Assembly: GCA_938084645.1 (NCBI GenBank)
Contig: CALKEP010000008.1
Location: forward strand, 118,459-182,458
Length of the DNA stretch: 64,000 nt
Source of the DNA: an uncultured Phycisphaerales bacterium
Lineage (GTDB): Bacteria > Planctomycetota > Phycisphaerae > Phycisphaerales > SM1A02
Reading direction: 5' to 3'
This document shows, one piece after another, positions 28,146 to 36,412 of this stretch. The notes below the pieces were generated by a model. It was not told the origin of the DNA. It searched no databases and worked only from the letters and a program-made list of their open reading frames with translations. The position numbers and the translations under genes are program-made. Position 1 is the stretch's first letter. The number at the start of each line of letters is the position of its first letter.

Positions 28146-28613
28146 ATGTCCATGCAGATGCCCGAGACCGAGCGGGGATACGTTCCGCCCTCCGTCCGCC
28201 AGTTCAGCGTGTTTCTCGACAATCGCGTGGGGAAGATGCTGGAGTTGCTCGAGATGCTCGAGGCGGCGTCGGACGTGCACGTCCGGGCGACCTGCGTGCT
28301 CGACTCCAGCGACCATGCCGTGGTCCGGCTGGTCTGCGACAACGCCGACGGCGCCCGTTTCGCCCTGCGGCAGAACGACTTCACGTTCTCCGAACTCGAC
28401 ATCCTGGTCTTCGAGCTGGTCACCGACGGGTCGCTGCGCGAGGCGCTCCGCTTCCTGCTGGCCGCGGAGGTGAACATCGCATTCACCTACCCGATCAATC
28501 GGACCGGTGACGGCCCCCCCGCGATGGCGATCGCGGTCGATGACCACACCTTCGCGGGGCAGATCCTGCTTCGCAAGGGATTCAGCCTGCTCGGCGAGGC
28601 CGAACTGACCTGA
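28146..28613 (+). CDS. ACT-domain protein
   Basis: VRQFSVFLDNRVG, AEVNIAFTYP; tandem ACT-like folds. Confidence 0.8.
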   Translation: MSMQMPETERGYVPPSVRQFSVFLDNRVGKMLELLEMLEAASDVHVRATCVLDSSDHAVVRLVCDNADGARFALRQNDFTFSELDILVFELVTDGSLREALRFLLAAEVNIAFTYPINRTGDGPPAMAIAVDDHTFAGQILLRKGFSLLGEAELT

Positions 28614-28616
28614 CGC

Positions 28617-28826
28617 CTAGTCGTCGGCCGGATCCACCTTGACGGCGGTGCCCGTTTCGACGTCATATCGATACAACGCCTCCGGTTCCTCGTCCCGGCA
28701 TCGCTTGTGCCCGCCGTCGCAGAAGGGGAACTTCTCGGTCAGTCCGCAGCCGCAGACGAAGACCGGCTTCTCCTGCGGTTCGATCTTGATGGGGCCGGTT
28801 CCTTCGATTCGGACGAGGCGAGCCAT
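28617..28826 (-). CDS. CDGSH iron-sulfur domain protein
   Basis: CGCGLTEKFPFCDGGH motif; GGA upstream of ATG. Confidence 0.88.
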   Translation of the reverse strand: MARLVRIEGTGPIKIEPQEKPVFVCGCGLTEKFPFCDGGHKRCRDEEPEALYRYDVETGTAVKVDPADD

Positions 28827-28876
28827 GGGAGTCCTTTCACCGGAGTGGTGGGAATTGCAAAGGTGATTCGTCAGAC

Positions 28877-30058
28877 CTAGGGGAGGTCGATCTTGGTGCC
28901 GGCGGGCGGGACGCTCGGCGGCAGCATCGTGGTGGCCTTGTACTCCCGCTCGGGGCGGGAGATCGTGGTGACCGCGGTCAGCTCGTCGTCGCGACGGATC
29001 CGCTGCAGGACCTCCATGCCGTCGATCACCCGGCCGAAGACCGTGTACTCCTTGTTCAGCGACTCGGTCGGCTCGAGCACCACGTAGAACTGGGAGCTCG
29101 ACGTGTTCGGGATGGACGAGCCCGGAACGTTCGGGTTGGGCGCCTTCGCCATCGCCAGAGCGCCCGCGAAGTGGAGACGCTTGTCGTCGCGGCCGGCTTC
29201 GTCCGGAATCTGCGCTCCTCGCCCGCCGGTCCCGGGTTCCCCCGGCGTCCCGGGACGCGAGTTCGGGTCGCCGCCCTGGACCACGAAGTTCGGTTCCACC
29301 CGATGGAACCGGGTGCCGTTGTAGAAGCCCTGTTCGGAGAGTTCGATGAAGTTGGCGACGGTGTTCGGGGCCTGCTCCTCGAACAACATGACGGTGACCG
29401 GGCCGCGGCTGGTGATCAACTGCATCACCGGTGCCGTCCCCGCGGCCTCCTCCGCGGCTCGAGCCGCGGTCTCCTCCTCCCAGAGCGCGAGCCAGCGCTG
29501 ACTCATGCTCCGGTAGCGGTTGGCATTCGCTCGGACGCCCGGCTTTTCGAGACCCGACTCCGGAATCGCGTCGATCGCGTCGATGGCGGCCTGGAACTCG
29601 TTCCGCGACATTCTCGACCGCGCGTCGATGATCGCGATCCCGGGGGTCTCGGCGAGATCGTAGGAGCGGCTTCGAGCCATCGCGCCCGCCTCGTCGTAGC
29701 GGTTCTCCGCGAGCCGCATCTTCGCCCAGGCCAGCCAGACGGCGTCGGAGTCGGTGAGCTGGGCGAGCAGTTCATAGTCCCGTTCGACCCGGTCGGTGCG
29801 TCCGAGCCAGGTCGACACGCTGATGTCCATCGCGAGGGCCCGTCGATCGTCGGGGTTCTCGTCGATGAAGACGTCCAGTCGCTCGAGGAGACCTTCGAGG
29901 GCGGTCCGCTCGGCCGGGCCGATCCGACGCTTCGAGGACATGTACTTCCGGAGCTGGGTGTAGTCGGACTTCAGGCCGTCCCAGTCCTCCACCCCGGCGG
30001 CGAAGGCCGGAAGGGCGGTGGCGAGCACGAGGGCGAGAACGATGAATCGAATCTGCAT
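28877..30058 (-). CDS. Secreted cyclophilin-type peptidyl-prolyl isomerase with N-terminal helical domain
   Basis: Signal peptide; APNTVANF, FHRV...FVVQGGDP, SQFY, YTVFGRV. Confidence 0.9.
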   Translation of the reverse strand: MQIRFIVLALVLATALPAFAAGVEDWDGLKSDYTQLRKYMSSKRRIGPAERTALEGLLERLDVFIDENPDDRRALAMDISVSTWLGRTDRVERDYELLAQLTDSDAVWLAWAKMRLAENRYDEAGAMARSRSYDLAETPGIAIIDARSRMSRNEFQAAIDAIDAIPESGLEKPGVRANANRYRSMSQRWLALWEEETAARAAEEAAGTAPVMQLITSRGPVTVMLFEEQAPNTVANFIELSEQGFYNGTRFHRVEPNFVVQGGDPNSRPGTPGEPGTGGRGAQIPDEAGRDDKRLHFAGALAMAKAPNPNVPGSSIPNTSSSQFYVVLEPTESLNKEYTVFGRVIDGMEVLQRIRRDDELTAVTTISRPEREYKATTMLPPSVPPAGTKIDLP

Positions 30059-30086
30059 GCGAGGTTCCCAGGGCGGAGGTGCGGAG

Positions 30087-30881
30087 TCAGGCCAGCACTG
30101 TACAGGCGGTGCGCGGGGTCTCCCAGACCTTCACGCCGTGGAGTCGGCAATCGCCGGGAATGGCGGCGACGGGATCGCGAAGCAGATCCACGCAACGGGC
30201 CGCGATGTTCTCGACGCTCGGCACCCGGTCGTTGAAGTCGTCCAGGTCGAGGTTGAGATGCTTGTGATCGAAGCGGTCGATGACGACATCGTCCACCACC
30301 TGATCCAGGGCGAGGATCGAGACCGGGGCGTCGCCGTTCGTCCTGACCTGCACCTCGACCTCGTAGTTGTGGCCGTGGCCGTTGGGATTGCTGCACTTCC
30401 CGAACATCGCGGCGTTCGCCTCGTCGTCCAACTCGGCGAGGTGGAGTCGGTGCGAGGCGGAGAACTCGTAACGGCGTTGGATGAGAATCACGGACATGTC
30501 TCCTGAATCTACCCGCCAGCGGGTGTCGCGTTCCATGCCGACCTCGATCGCATCGAAAGTCGGACCACCGTCGCCACTCGCGGTCTCGAGGATGATTCGG
30601 GCGACCTCGACCGGGCTGAGGTCGCGGTGACGATGGGCTTCGAGCAGAACCGGCAGGGCGCGGGTGCGAACGGCGTGATCGAGCTTGTCGATCCCCACCA
30701 GATAGCCGGTACGGGGGTCCGGGTTCCCCCTGACCTCCACCGTCGCCTCCCAGGAAGCACCCGCCACGAGGTTCATCGACGGCCAGCCGGCGTGCGTGTT
30801 TCCACGAGGCGACGCGAGCGCGTCGCCCGGTGGAATGTCGCGGGTGAGCGAGAAGCGGATGGTTCGAGTGAGCGTGAGCAC
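30087..30881 (-). CDS. Two-domain 6-pyruvoyltetrahydropterin synthase family protein
   Basis: C-domain FSASHRL...GKCSNPNGHGHNY...DHKHLN...SVEN...VWET; degenerate N-terminal T-fold copy. Confidence 0.85.
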   Translation of the reverse strand: MLTLTRTIRFSLTRDIPPGDALASPRGNTHAGWPSMNLVAGASWEATVEVRGNPDPRTGYLVGIDKLDHAVRTRALPVLLEAHRHRDLSPVEVARIILETASGDGGPTFDAIEVGMERDTRWRVDSGDMSVILIQRRYEFSASHRLHLAELDDEANAAMFGKCSNPNGHGHNYEVEVQVRTNGDAPVSILALDQVVDDVVIDRFDHKHLNLDLDDFNDRVPSVENIAARCVDLLRDPVAAIPGDCRLHGVKVWETPRTACTVLA

Positions 30882-31068
30882 GGTTGAGATCGACTCCGGC
30901 GTCGGGATGCATGTCTCGGCGGCCCCGGGTGGCGTGCGCCAGCGTCGGCCTTGGTCCGAAACGGCCCGGGATGCGAACGGGTGTCAAGATGGGTAGTTTG
31001 GGACCTGCCCCTGACCGCCTCTGGAGGGTCGTCAGGGGGGAAAATTCCGGTTTACGAGGGGCGATACG

Positions 31069-31096
31069 TTGCCAATGAACCGATGCATGCTAGCAT
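31069..31096 (+). promoter_or_regulatory. Sigma70-type promoter
   Basis: TTGCCA-16 nt-TAGCAT with extended TG. Confidence 0.6.
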
Positions 31097-31154
31097 TCCG
31101 TTGTCGCTCATCCGACCGATTCGGATTCGACCGCGACTCAATTTCGCCCCCGGA

Positions 31155-31196
31155 AGGGCTCGGTTCGAGGCTTGCCTCAGCCGGGCCTTTTTTTTC
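31155..31196 (+). terminator. Intrinsic terminator
   Basis: aagggctcggttcgaggc-tt-gcctcagccgggcc followed by T8. Confidence 0.75.
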
Positions 31197-31325
31197 GCCT
31201 CGCTCCGGTCCCGTGGGCCGGGCGGTACCGGAATGAATGAGATCGTGTCTGGACCGTTTTGCGAGCCCGGGTCCGGATCGGACGATCCGACTCGAGGTTC
31301 ACACCATTCGAACGCTGGAATCCGC

Positions 31326-32267
31326 ATGATCAAACTGATCGACGTGATCAACCTGGTCCACCGTGATCCTCGAGTCCCACGTCGTCGTCGGCGATCGAAC
31401 CGCTTCGTCGTGCTCGCCGTGCTGCCCACGATCCTCGGGTGCGGTCATCAGGATCGGGACCCTTCGAGGGCCTCGGACGTCTCGGGAGCATTGGAATCGA
31501 CGTCGGGCCACGCCGATCGATCGAGCCCCGAAGTCGCGGCGAACCCAGCCGCGGAGACCGCGCATCGACCCGAGGAACTGGCGATTCCCACGTCCGAAGG
31601 GGCGGGCGTCCGGGAGTCGACGCTCGGCGAACCGCCGGCTTCGCCCCGGATCATCGAGCTGGAGGGCGGTGTACGGGCCTGGATCGAGGCGGGCCGCGTG
31701 GAGTTCCCCGGAGAGATCACCCTCGAGACCGGCTGGCTCGAAGTCGCGGTGTGTCGGCGATCGACCCGGGAGCACGAGTCGATCGTGGTCGCCGACGTGG
31801 TGCCTTCCGTGGTGCACGCCGCACTGCTTCTCGCCGGCTTCGAGCCGGGCGCGCCCGCGGGGTGGGACGAAGCCACGAATTCGCCGATTCCACCGCGGGG
31901 TCCCCTGGTGACGATCGAACTCCGGTTCGGTCCGTCGGGACCGGACGGCCCCGACGCCCGGGAGGTTCCACTCGAGTCGATGATCGAGGACGCCCGGGAG
32001 CGCGGCCTCCCGACCTGGGTCTTCGCGGGTTCGCTGGTTCGACCGAATCCGCCGTCGATGGGGGAGGGCGAGTATTTCCTCGCGGATTACGCGGGGACCT
32101 TCATCGGGCTCACCACCTTCGGCGACGAGGTCATCGCGGCCCAGGAGGTGCGTTCGCCGGAGACCGGGGTCGATCCCCCGGTCTGGAGAATTCGCGAGGG
32201 GGCGGTACCGCCCGTGGGGACCGCGGTCACCGTGGTGGTTCGACGTCCCGCCCCTCCGTCGAAATGA
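31326..32267 (+). CDS. YdjY-domain protein, probable lipoprotein (start uncertain)
   Basis: Arg-rich then hydrophobic stretch ending ILGC; LEVAVC..TREHESIV..PSVVHAALLLAG..PG, WVFAGS. Confidence 0.7.
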   Translation: MIKLIDVINLVHRDPRVPRRRRRSNRFVVLAVLPTILGCGHQDRDPSRASDVSGALESTSGHADRSSPEVAANPAAETAHRPEELAIPTSEGAGVRESTLGEPPASPRIIELEGGVRAWIEAGRVEFPGEITLETGWLEVAVCRRSTREHESIVVADVVPSVVHAALLLAGFEPGAPAGWDEATNSPIPPRGPLVTIELRFGPSGPDGPDAREVPLESMIEDARERGLPTWVFAGSLVRPNPPSMGEGEYFLADYAGTFIGLTTFGDEVIAAQEVRSPETGVDPPVWRIREGAVPPVGTAVTVVVRRPAPPSK

Positions 32268-32745
32268 CGGCGGTGTCGAGTCGCTGGGCGGCGCACAACG
32301 CGATGGCGAGGGCGTCGGCCACGTCCGGTGGTTCCGGAGCGGTGGTCAGCCCGCACCGGGTGACGATGGCCGACTGCATCCGTGCCTTGTCGGCGCTGCC
32401 GTCGCCGGTCAGCGCCTTCTTGACCTGGGCTGGCGGATGTTCCACCACTTCGACCCCGTGCTGGGCGGCGGCCAGCAGGATGACGCCGCGGGCATGGCCC
32501 ATGCGGACGCCGGTCGCGGCGCGTTCCGGATGGGAGAACACCGATTCGACCGAGATGAGCCCGGGCTGGAGTTCGGTGATCACGTCGGTGAGATCGGTGT
32601 GAAGTTGATGAAGCCGGTGGGGGAGGCTTCCGTCCGCCGGAATCCGGATGACGCCCGCCTCGATCACCGTGACGCCGGGGCCTTCGGCGAGCACGAGCCC
32701 GTAGCCGGTGATTCGAAGTCCGGGATCGATGCCGAGTATTCGCAC
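32227..32745 (-). CDS. ruvC: Holliday junction resolvase RuvC
   Basis: ILGIDPGL..TGYG, VESVF, GHARGVI, KKALTG.G.ADK, DVADALAIA. Confidence 0.95.
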   Translation of the reverse strand: MRILGIDPGLRITGYGLVLAEGPGVTVIEAGVIRIPADGSLPHRLHQLHTDLTDVITELQPGLISVESVFSHPERAATGVRMGHARGVILLAAAQHGVEVVEHPPAQVKKALTGDGSADKARMQSAIVTRCGLTTAPEPPDVADALAIALCAAQRLDTAVISTEGRDVEPPR

Positions 32746-32835
32746 GGTCGCTCCGTATCTCGAGGGTCTCGGTCGCCGATGACGTCTCGTTGGAATCGGC
32801 TCGTCGGGACGCCGGGCTGAACCGTTCGTCGACGC

Positions 32836-33606
32836 TCAGCGGCCGGCGTCGCCGCGTGCGGTGGTGCGGTCGGTCGCGACGAGCCCGTCTTCGAGGGTCA
32901 CGACACGCTGGCAGTGATCGGCGATCTTCGGATCGTGGGTGACCATGATCATGGTCATGCCCTCGGCATGAAGCTGCTGGAAGATGTCGAGGATCGCGTC
33001 ACCGGTCGCGGTGTCGAGGTTCCCGGTGGGTTCGTCGGCCATGATGATCGCGGGATCCGTCACCAGCGAACGGGCGATGGCGACCCGCTGCTGCTGGCCG
33101 CCCGAGAGCTCGCTCGGCCGGTGGCCGAGTCGATCCTCGAGTCCGACCAGGCTGAGTCGTTCGATGGCGCGGGCGCGTCGTTCCGACCGCGAGACGCCCT
33201 GGTAGAAGAGCGGGACCTCCACGTTCTCGACGATCGTGAGTTCGCTCACGAGGTTGAACGCCTGGAACACGAATCCGATGCGGCGGCCCCGCACCCGGCT
33301 GAGTGAGTTGTCGTCGAGGCCGGAGACGTCGATGCCGTCGAGCAGGTATCGCCCGGAGGAGGGGCGGTCGAGGCAGCCGAGCAGGTTCATCAGCGTGCTC
33401 TTGCCGCTGCCGCTCGCCCCCATGATCGCGCAGTACTCGCCGGAGGGGATCACCAGATCGATGCCTCGAAGGGCTTCGACGAGGATCGTCCCGTCGGGCT
33501 TGTAGTAGTGCTTGGTCAGGCCTTCGAGAATCGCGGTGGGCGGTGGCGTCGAATCGACGGCCGTCGAAGGGCTGTGGGTTGCGGAGGTGGTGCTGGTCTT
33601 CGTCAC
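32836..33606 (-). CDS. ABC transporter ATP-binding protein (MacB/LolD-like)
   Basis: [43 protein letters not shown] start 6 nt after TACCAT. Confidence 0.93.
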   Translation of the reverse strand: MTKTSTTSATHSPSTAVDSTPPPTAILEGLTKHYYKPDGTILVEALRGIDLVIPSGEYCAIMGASGSGKSTLMNLLGCLDRPSSGRYLLDGIDVSGLDDNSLSRVRGRRIGFVFQAFNLVSELTIVENVEVPLFYQGVSRSERRARAIERLSLVGLEDRLGHRPSELSGGQQQRVAIARSLVTDPAIIMADEPTGNLDTATGDAILDIFQQLHAEGMTMIMVTHDPKIADHCQRVVTLEDGLVATDRTTARGDAGR

Positions 33607-33705
33607 GCCTCGATGGTAGCACGCCCGAGGGGAGCCTCGGAGCGGACCACGACGACGGGGCGGTAGACTTGGCACTCGGATTACAACGTCCCGGAGTCCG
33701 TCATC

Positions 33706-35271
33706 GTGTCCGAGTCCGATCCAGCCGCGAAACACCATGCCTCCGCGACCTCCGGATCGATCCAGGTCACGCGAAGGATCTTCGCGGATCAGCTCACGCC
33801 CGTTCTGGCATATCGACGACTGGTCGCCCCGGATGACCGGGCCGCACCCAGTTTCCTCTTCGAGTCGGTCGAACAGGGGGGCGGCGTCGGACGGTACTCG
33901 CTGGTCGGCGTCCGCCCGAGTCTCGAAGTGATCGCTCGTGCGTCGACGCTCGAGATCGTCCGGCACGGTGCGAGCGGGTCGGTGGTGGAGGATCGGTCCG
34001 GTGTCGATCCCTTCGACCTGCTTCGGACGCTTTCGGCCGACGCGGCCCCGGTCCGACCGATCGGCGCAACACCGCCCGAGGATGCGTTTCGGTCGGGATT
34101 CGTCGGTTTCGCAGGCTACGACACCGCCCGATGGGCGGAGCCGGGCAAACTGGACTTCGCGTCCGCCCCGGTCGACGATCGTGGTCTCCCCGATCTCCAC
34201 ATGGGCCTGTACGGACGCGTGCTGGTCTTCGACCATGTCGCGAAGACCGTGTTCGTGATCGCGACCGAATCGATCCGTGATCACGGCGATGCGGAGGCCG
34301 CGACGACCGCGGCGGAGGAAGCGGCCGATGCGCTGGTCGAATCGATGCTCGACGACGCGGTTCGACTGGAGCCGGGTCGCATCGACCTCGATCTCGACCG
34401 ATCACCGGAGCCGCCGACCGAATCGAGCATGTCGCGCCCCGATTTCGAGGCCGCGGTGGAACGGGCCCGGGAGTACATCCGGGCCGGAGACGCCTTCCAG
34501 GTCGTCCTCAGCCAGCGGTTCGAGCGAACCACGCGGGCGGACCCGTTCGATCTCTACCGCGCACTCCGAATCGTCAATCCCTCCCCGTATCAGATCTATC
34601 TCCAGGCTCGGGGTTGCATGCTGGTCGCCGCCAGTCCCGAGATCCTCTGTCGCGTCCGCGATGGACACGTCGTGAACCGTCCGCTCGCGGGGACCCGTCG
34701 ACGAGGGCGCGACGAGGCGGAGGATCGGGCCCTGGAGGCCGAACTGCTGGCCGACGGCAAGGAGCGGGCCGAGCACGTGATGCTGGTCGATCTCGGTCGC
34801 AACGATCTGGGCAAGGTCTGCGTGGCTGGATCGATCGAGCTCGATCAGGTGATGGAGGTCGAACGCTACAGCCACGTGATGCACATCGGCTCGGTGGTCT
34901 CGGGCCGGCTTCGCCCCGGCATCGATGCGCTGGACGCCCTCCGCGCCACGCTTCCCGTGGGCACGGTGAGTGGCGCGCCCAAGGTCCGGGCGATGCAGAT
35001 CATCGACGAACTCGAACCGGTTCGGCGTGGTCCCTATGCGGGCGGCATCGGTGCCCTCGACCTCGATGGAAACCTCGACATCGCGATCGCCCTTCGGACC
35101 ATGGTCGTTCCGTTCGCGTCCGACGGCGATTCCTGGGCGGTCCATCTTCAAGCCGGGGCGGGTGTGGTGCTCGACTCCTCGCCGGCCGCGGAGTGGGAGG
35201 AGACGGTGGCGAAGGCCGCCGCCCTCGGGCGCGCGATCGATCTCGCCGAGGATGCCTTTCGCGATCGTTGA
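33706..35271 (+). CDS. trpE: Anthranilate synthase component I
   Basis: FLFESVE, FQVVLSQRF, NPSPY, PLAGTR, KERAEHVMLVDLGRND, VSGAPKVRAM. Confidence 0.92.
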   Translation: MSESDPAAKHHASATSGSIQVTRRIFADQLTPVLAYRRLVAPDDRAAPSFLFESVEQGGGVGRYSLVGVRPSLEVIARASTLEIVRHGASGSVVEDRSGVDPFDLLRTLSADAAPVRPIGATPPEDAFRSGFVGFAGYDTARWAEPGKLDFASAPVDDRGLPDLHMGLYGRVLVFDHVAKTVFVIATESIRDHGDAEAATTAAEEAADALVESMLDDAVRLEPGRIDLDLDRSPEPPTESSMSRPDFEAAVERAREYIRAGDAFQVVLSQRFERTTRADPFDLYRALRIVNPSPYQIYLQARGCMLVAASPEILCRVRDGHVVNRPLAGTRRRGRDEAEDRALEAELLADGKERAEHVMLVDLGRNDLGKVCVAGSIELDQVMEVERYSHVMHIGSVVSGRLRPGIDALDALRATLPVGTVSGAPKVRAMQIIDELEPVRRGPYAGGIGALDLDGNLDIAIALRTMVVPFASDGDSWAVHLQAGAGVVLDSSPAAEWEETVAKAAALGRAIDLAEDAFRDR

Positions 35272-35272
35272 T

Positions 35273-36181
35273 TCACGGCTGCTCGAGGTCCTCCCGGATC
35301 GGGGGGCGTTCGGTCTCGAGCGGCAGGGGGTCGGAACCGTGATCTCGACGGAAGCGATCCGCAAGCGGCGTCGGTTCCCGGCCGACTCGTTCCGCATGTG
35401 CCTCGATCAGATCGGTGATCAGCACCTCCTCCACCCGTCCGATCCCGTCACGGGCGGCGAAGACCGCGAGGAGCGACGTGATGATGCCGATCACCAGACC
35501 GAGCACCGTGACGATGGCGACGAGGTCGGGGCCCGGTCGCGCGACCCGCACCACGATCACCACGGTCGTCGCGAGTCCCGCAAGACAACCGGCCACGAGG
35601 CCGAGCTTCGCGAGCAGGATGGGAAGCGAGAAGTCCCATTCCGTGAAGATCCTCGAAAGCATCAGATTCGTGATCACCACCGAAAGCGTCGCCATGAGGG
35701 CGTAGGCGGCGGAGAGCGGAAGATGAGCTTCCGGGGGAAGCGGGAGGAAGATCGACGCGAGATAGGCCAGCGCGACGACGACTTCGATCAGGGCGAGATG
35801 ATGGAGGCGTTCTCCGAAGCTCGTGGGCTGGATCGCACGGAGCGGGCTCATTCGCCATCTGGACCGCAGGGCCACGAGTCGGGTGATCGGTCCGAAGACC
35901 GACACGACGCCGAGGGCCGCACCGGCACAGCCCGCCAGAAGCAGCCCGGACATCGGAACGAAGGCGAAGTACTGGCTCACCGCGATGACGTGGAGCCCGG
36001 AGTCGCGGTGGTCCGGGCGGTCTTGGTCGATGGCGGCCGTGGCGGGGGGGGCGGGGACGACGGCACCGCACTCGGGGCATCGTCCACCGACCGCGATCCC
36101 GCGGAGGTCGTAGTTGCAGGACTCGCACCGAGCCCGACCTTCCCCGATCGCGGGAGTTCTGTTCAATCGCGGCGTGGCCAT
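35273..36181 (-). CDS. Zinc-ribbon multi-TM membrane protein
   Basis: CESCNYDLRGIAVGGRCPECG followed by about 6 TM helices. Confidence 0.7.
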   Translation of the reverse strand: MATPRLNRTPAIGEGRARCESCNYDLRGIAVGGRCPECGAVVPAPPATAAIDQDRPDHRDSGLHVIAVSQYFAFVPMSGLLLAGCAGAALGVVSVFGPITRLVALRSRWRMSPLRAIQPTSFGERLHHLALIEVVVALAYLASIFLPLPPEAHLPLSAAYALMATLSVVITNLMLSRIFTEWDFSLPILLAKLGLVAGCLAGLATTVVIVVRVARPGPDLVAIVTVLGLVIGIITSLLAVFAARDGIGRVEEVLITDLIEAHAERVGREPTPLADRFRRDHGSDPLPLETERPPIREDLEQP

Positions 36182-36412
36182 CTGGTGAGATGCTCCTGGT
36201 CGTGAATCCGGTCCGGCGTCTGATAAGAATCCGAACTCGCGGAGCCATGCGAACTTTCCGGCTTCGGTAGGGTATGAAAAAGGGCTCTCGCGGTCAGATG
36301 GTCAACCGGTGTGGATTCCGGCTCGATGAAGACCGGCGAGTGTCGCGAGCACCACCCGGCGCGCCGTGCACCCGACGACGTGGATTCAGACCAGTTTTCG
36401 AGGATTTCAAGC

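Noticed and set aside
30882..31000. preQ1 riboswitch upstream of the PTPS/QueD-like gene
   Set aside because: No preQ1 stem with A-rich tail on the minus strand, and the enzyme motif is not QueD-type
31112..31172. GATTCGGATTCGAC and GGTTCGA resemble tmRNA 5' and tRNA T-loop motifs
   Set aside because: No GGGG acceptor start, no matching 3' acceptor/CCA, no cloverleaf, and too short for tmRNA
32227..32267. Convergent 3' overlaps (YdjY/ruvC; also 45264-45272 and 61845-61859)
   Set aside because: Short tail overlaps are common in compact GC-rich genomes; nothing suggests regulation
33670..33685. Sigma54-like TGGCAC-N5-TTACA upstream of trpE
   Set aside because: The -12 GC is replaced by AC; the adjacent TAGACT (33664-33669) is a simpler sigma70 -10 explanation
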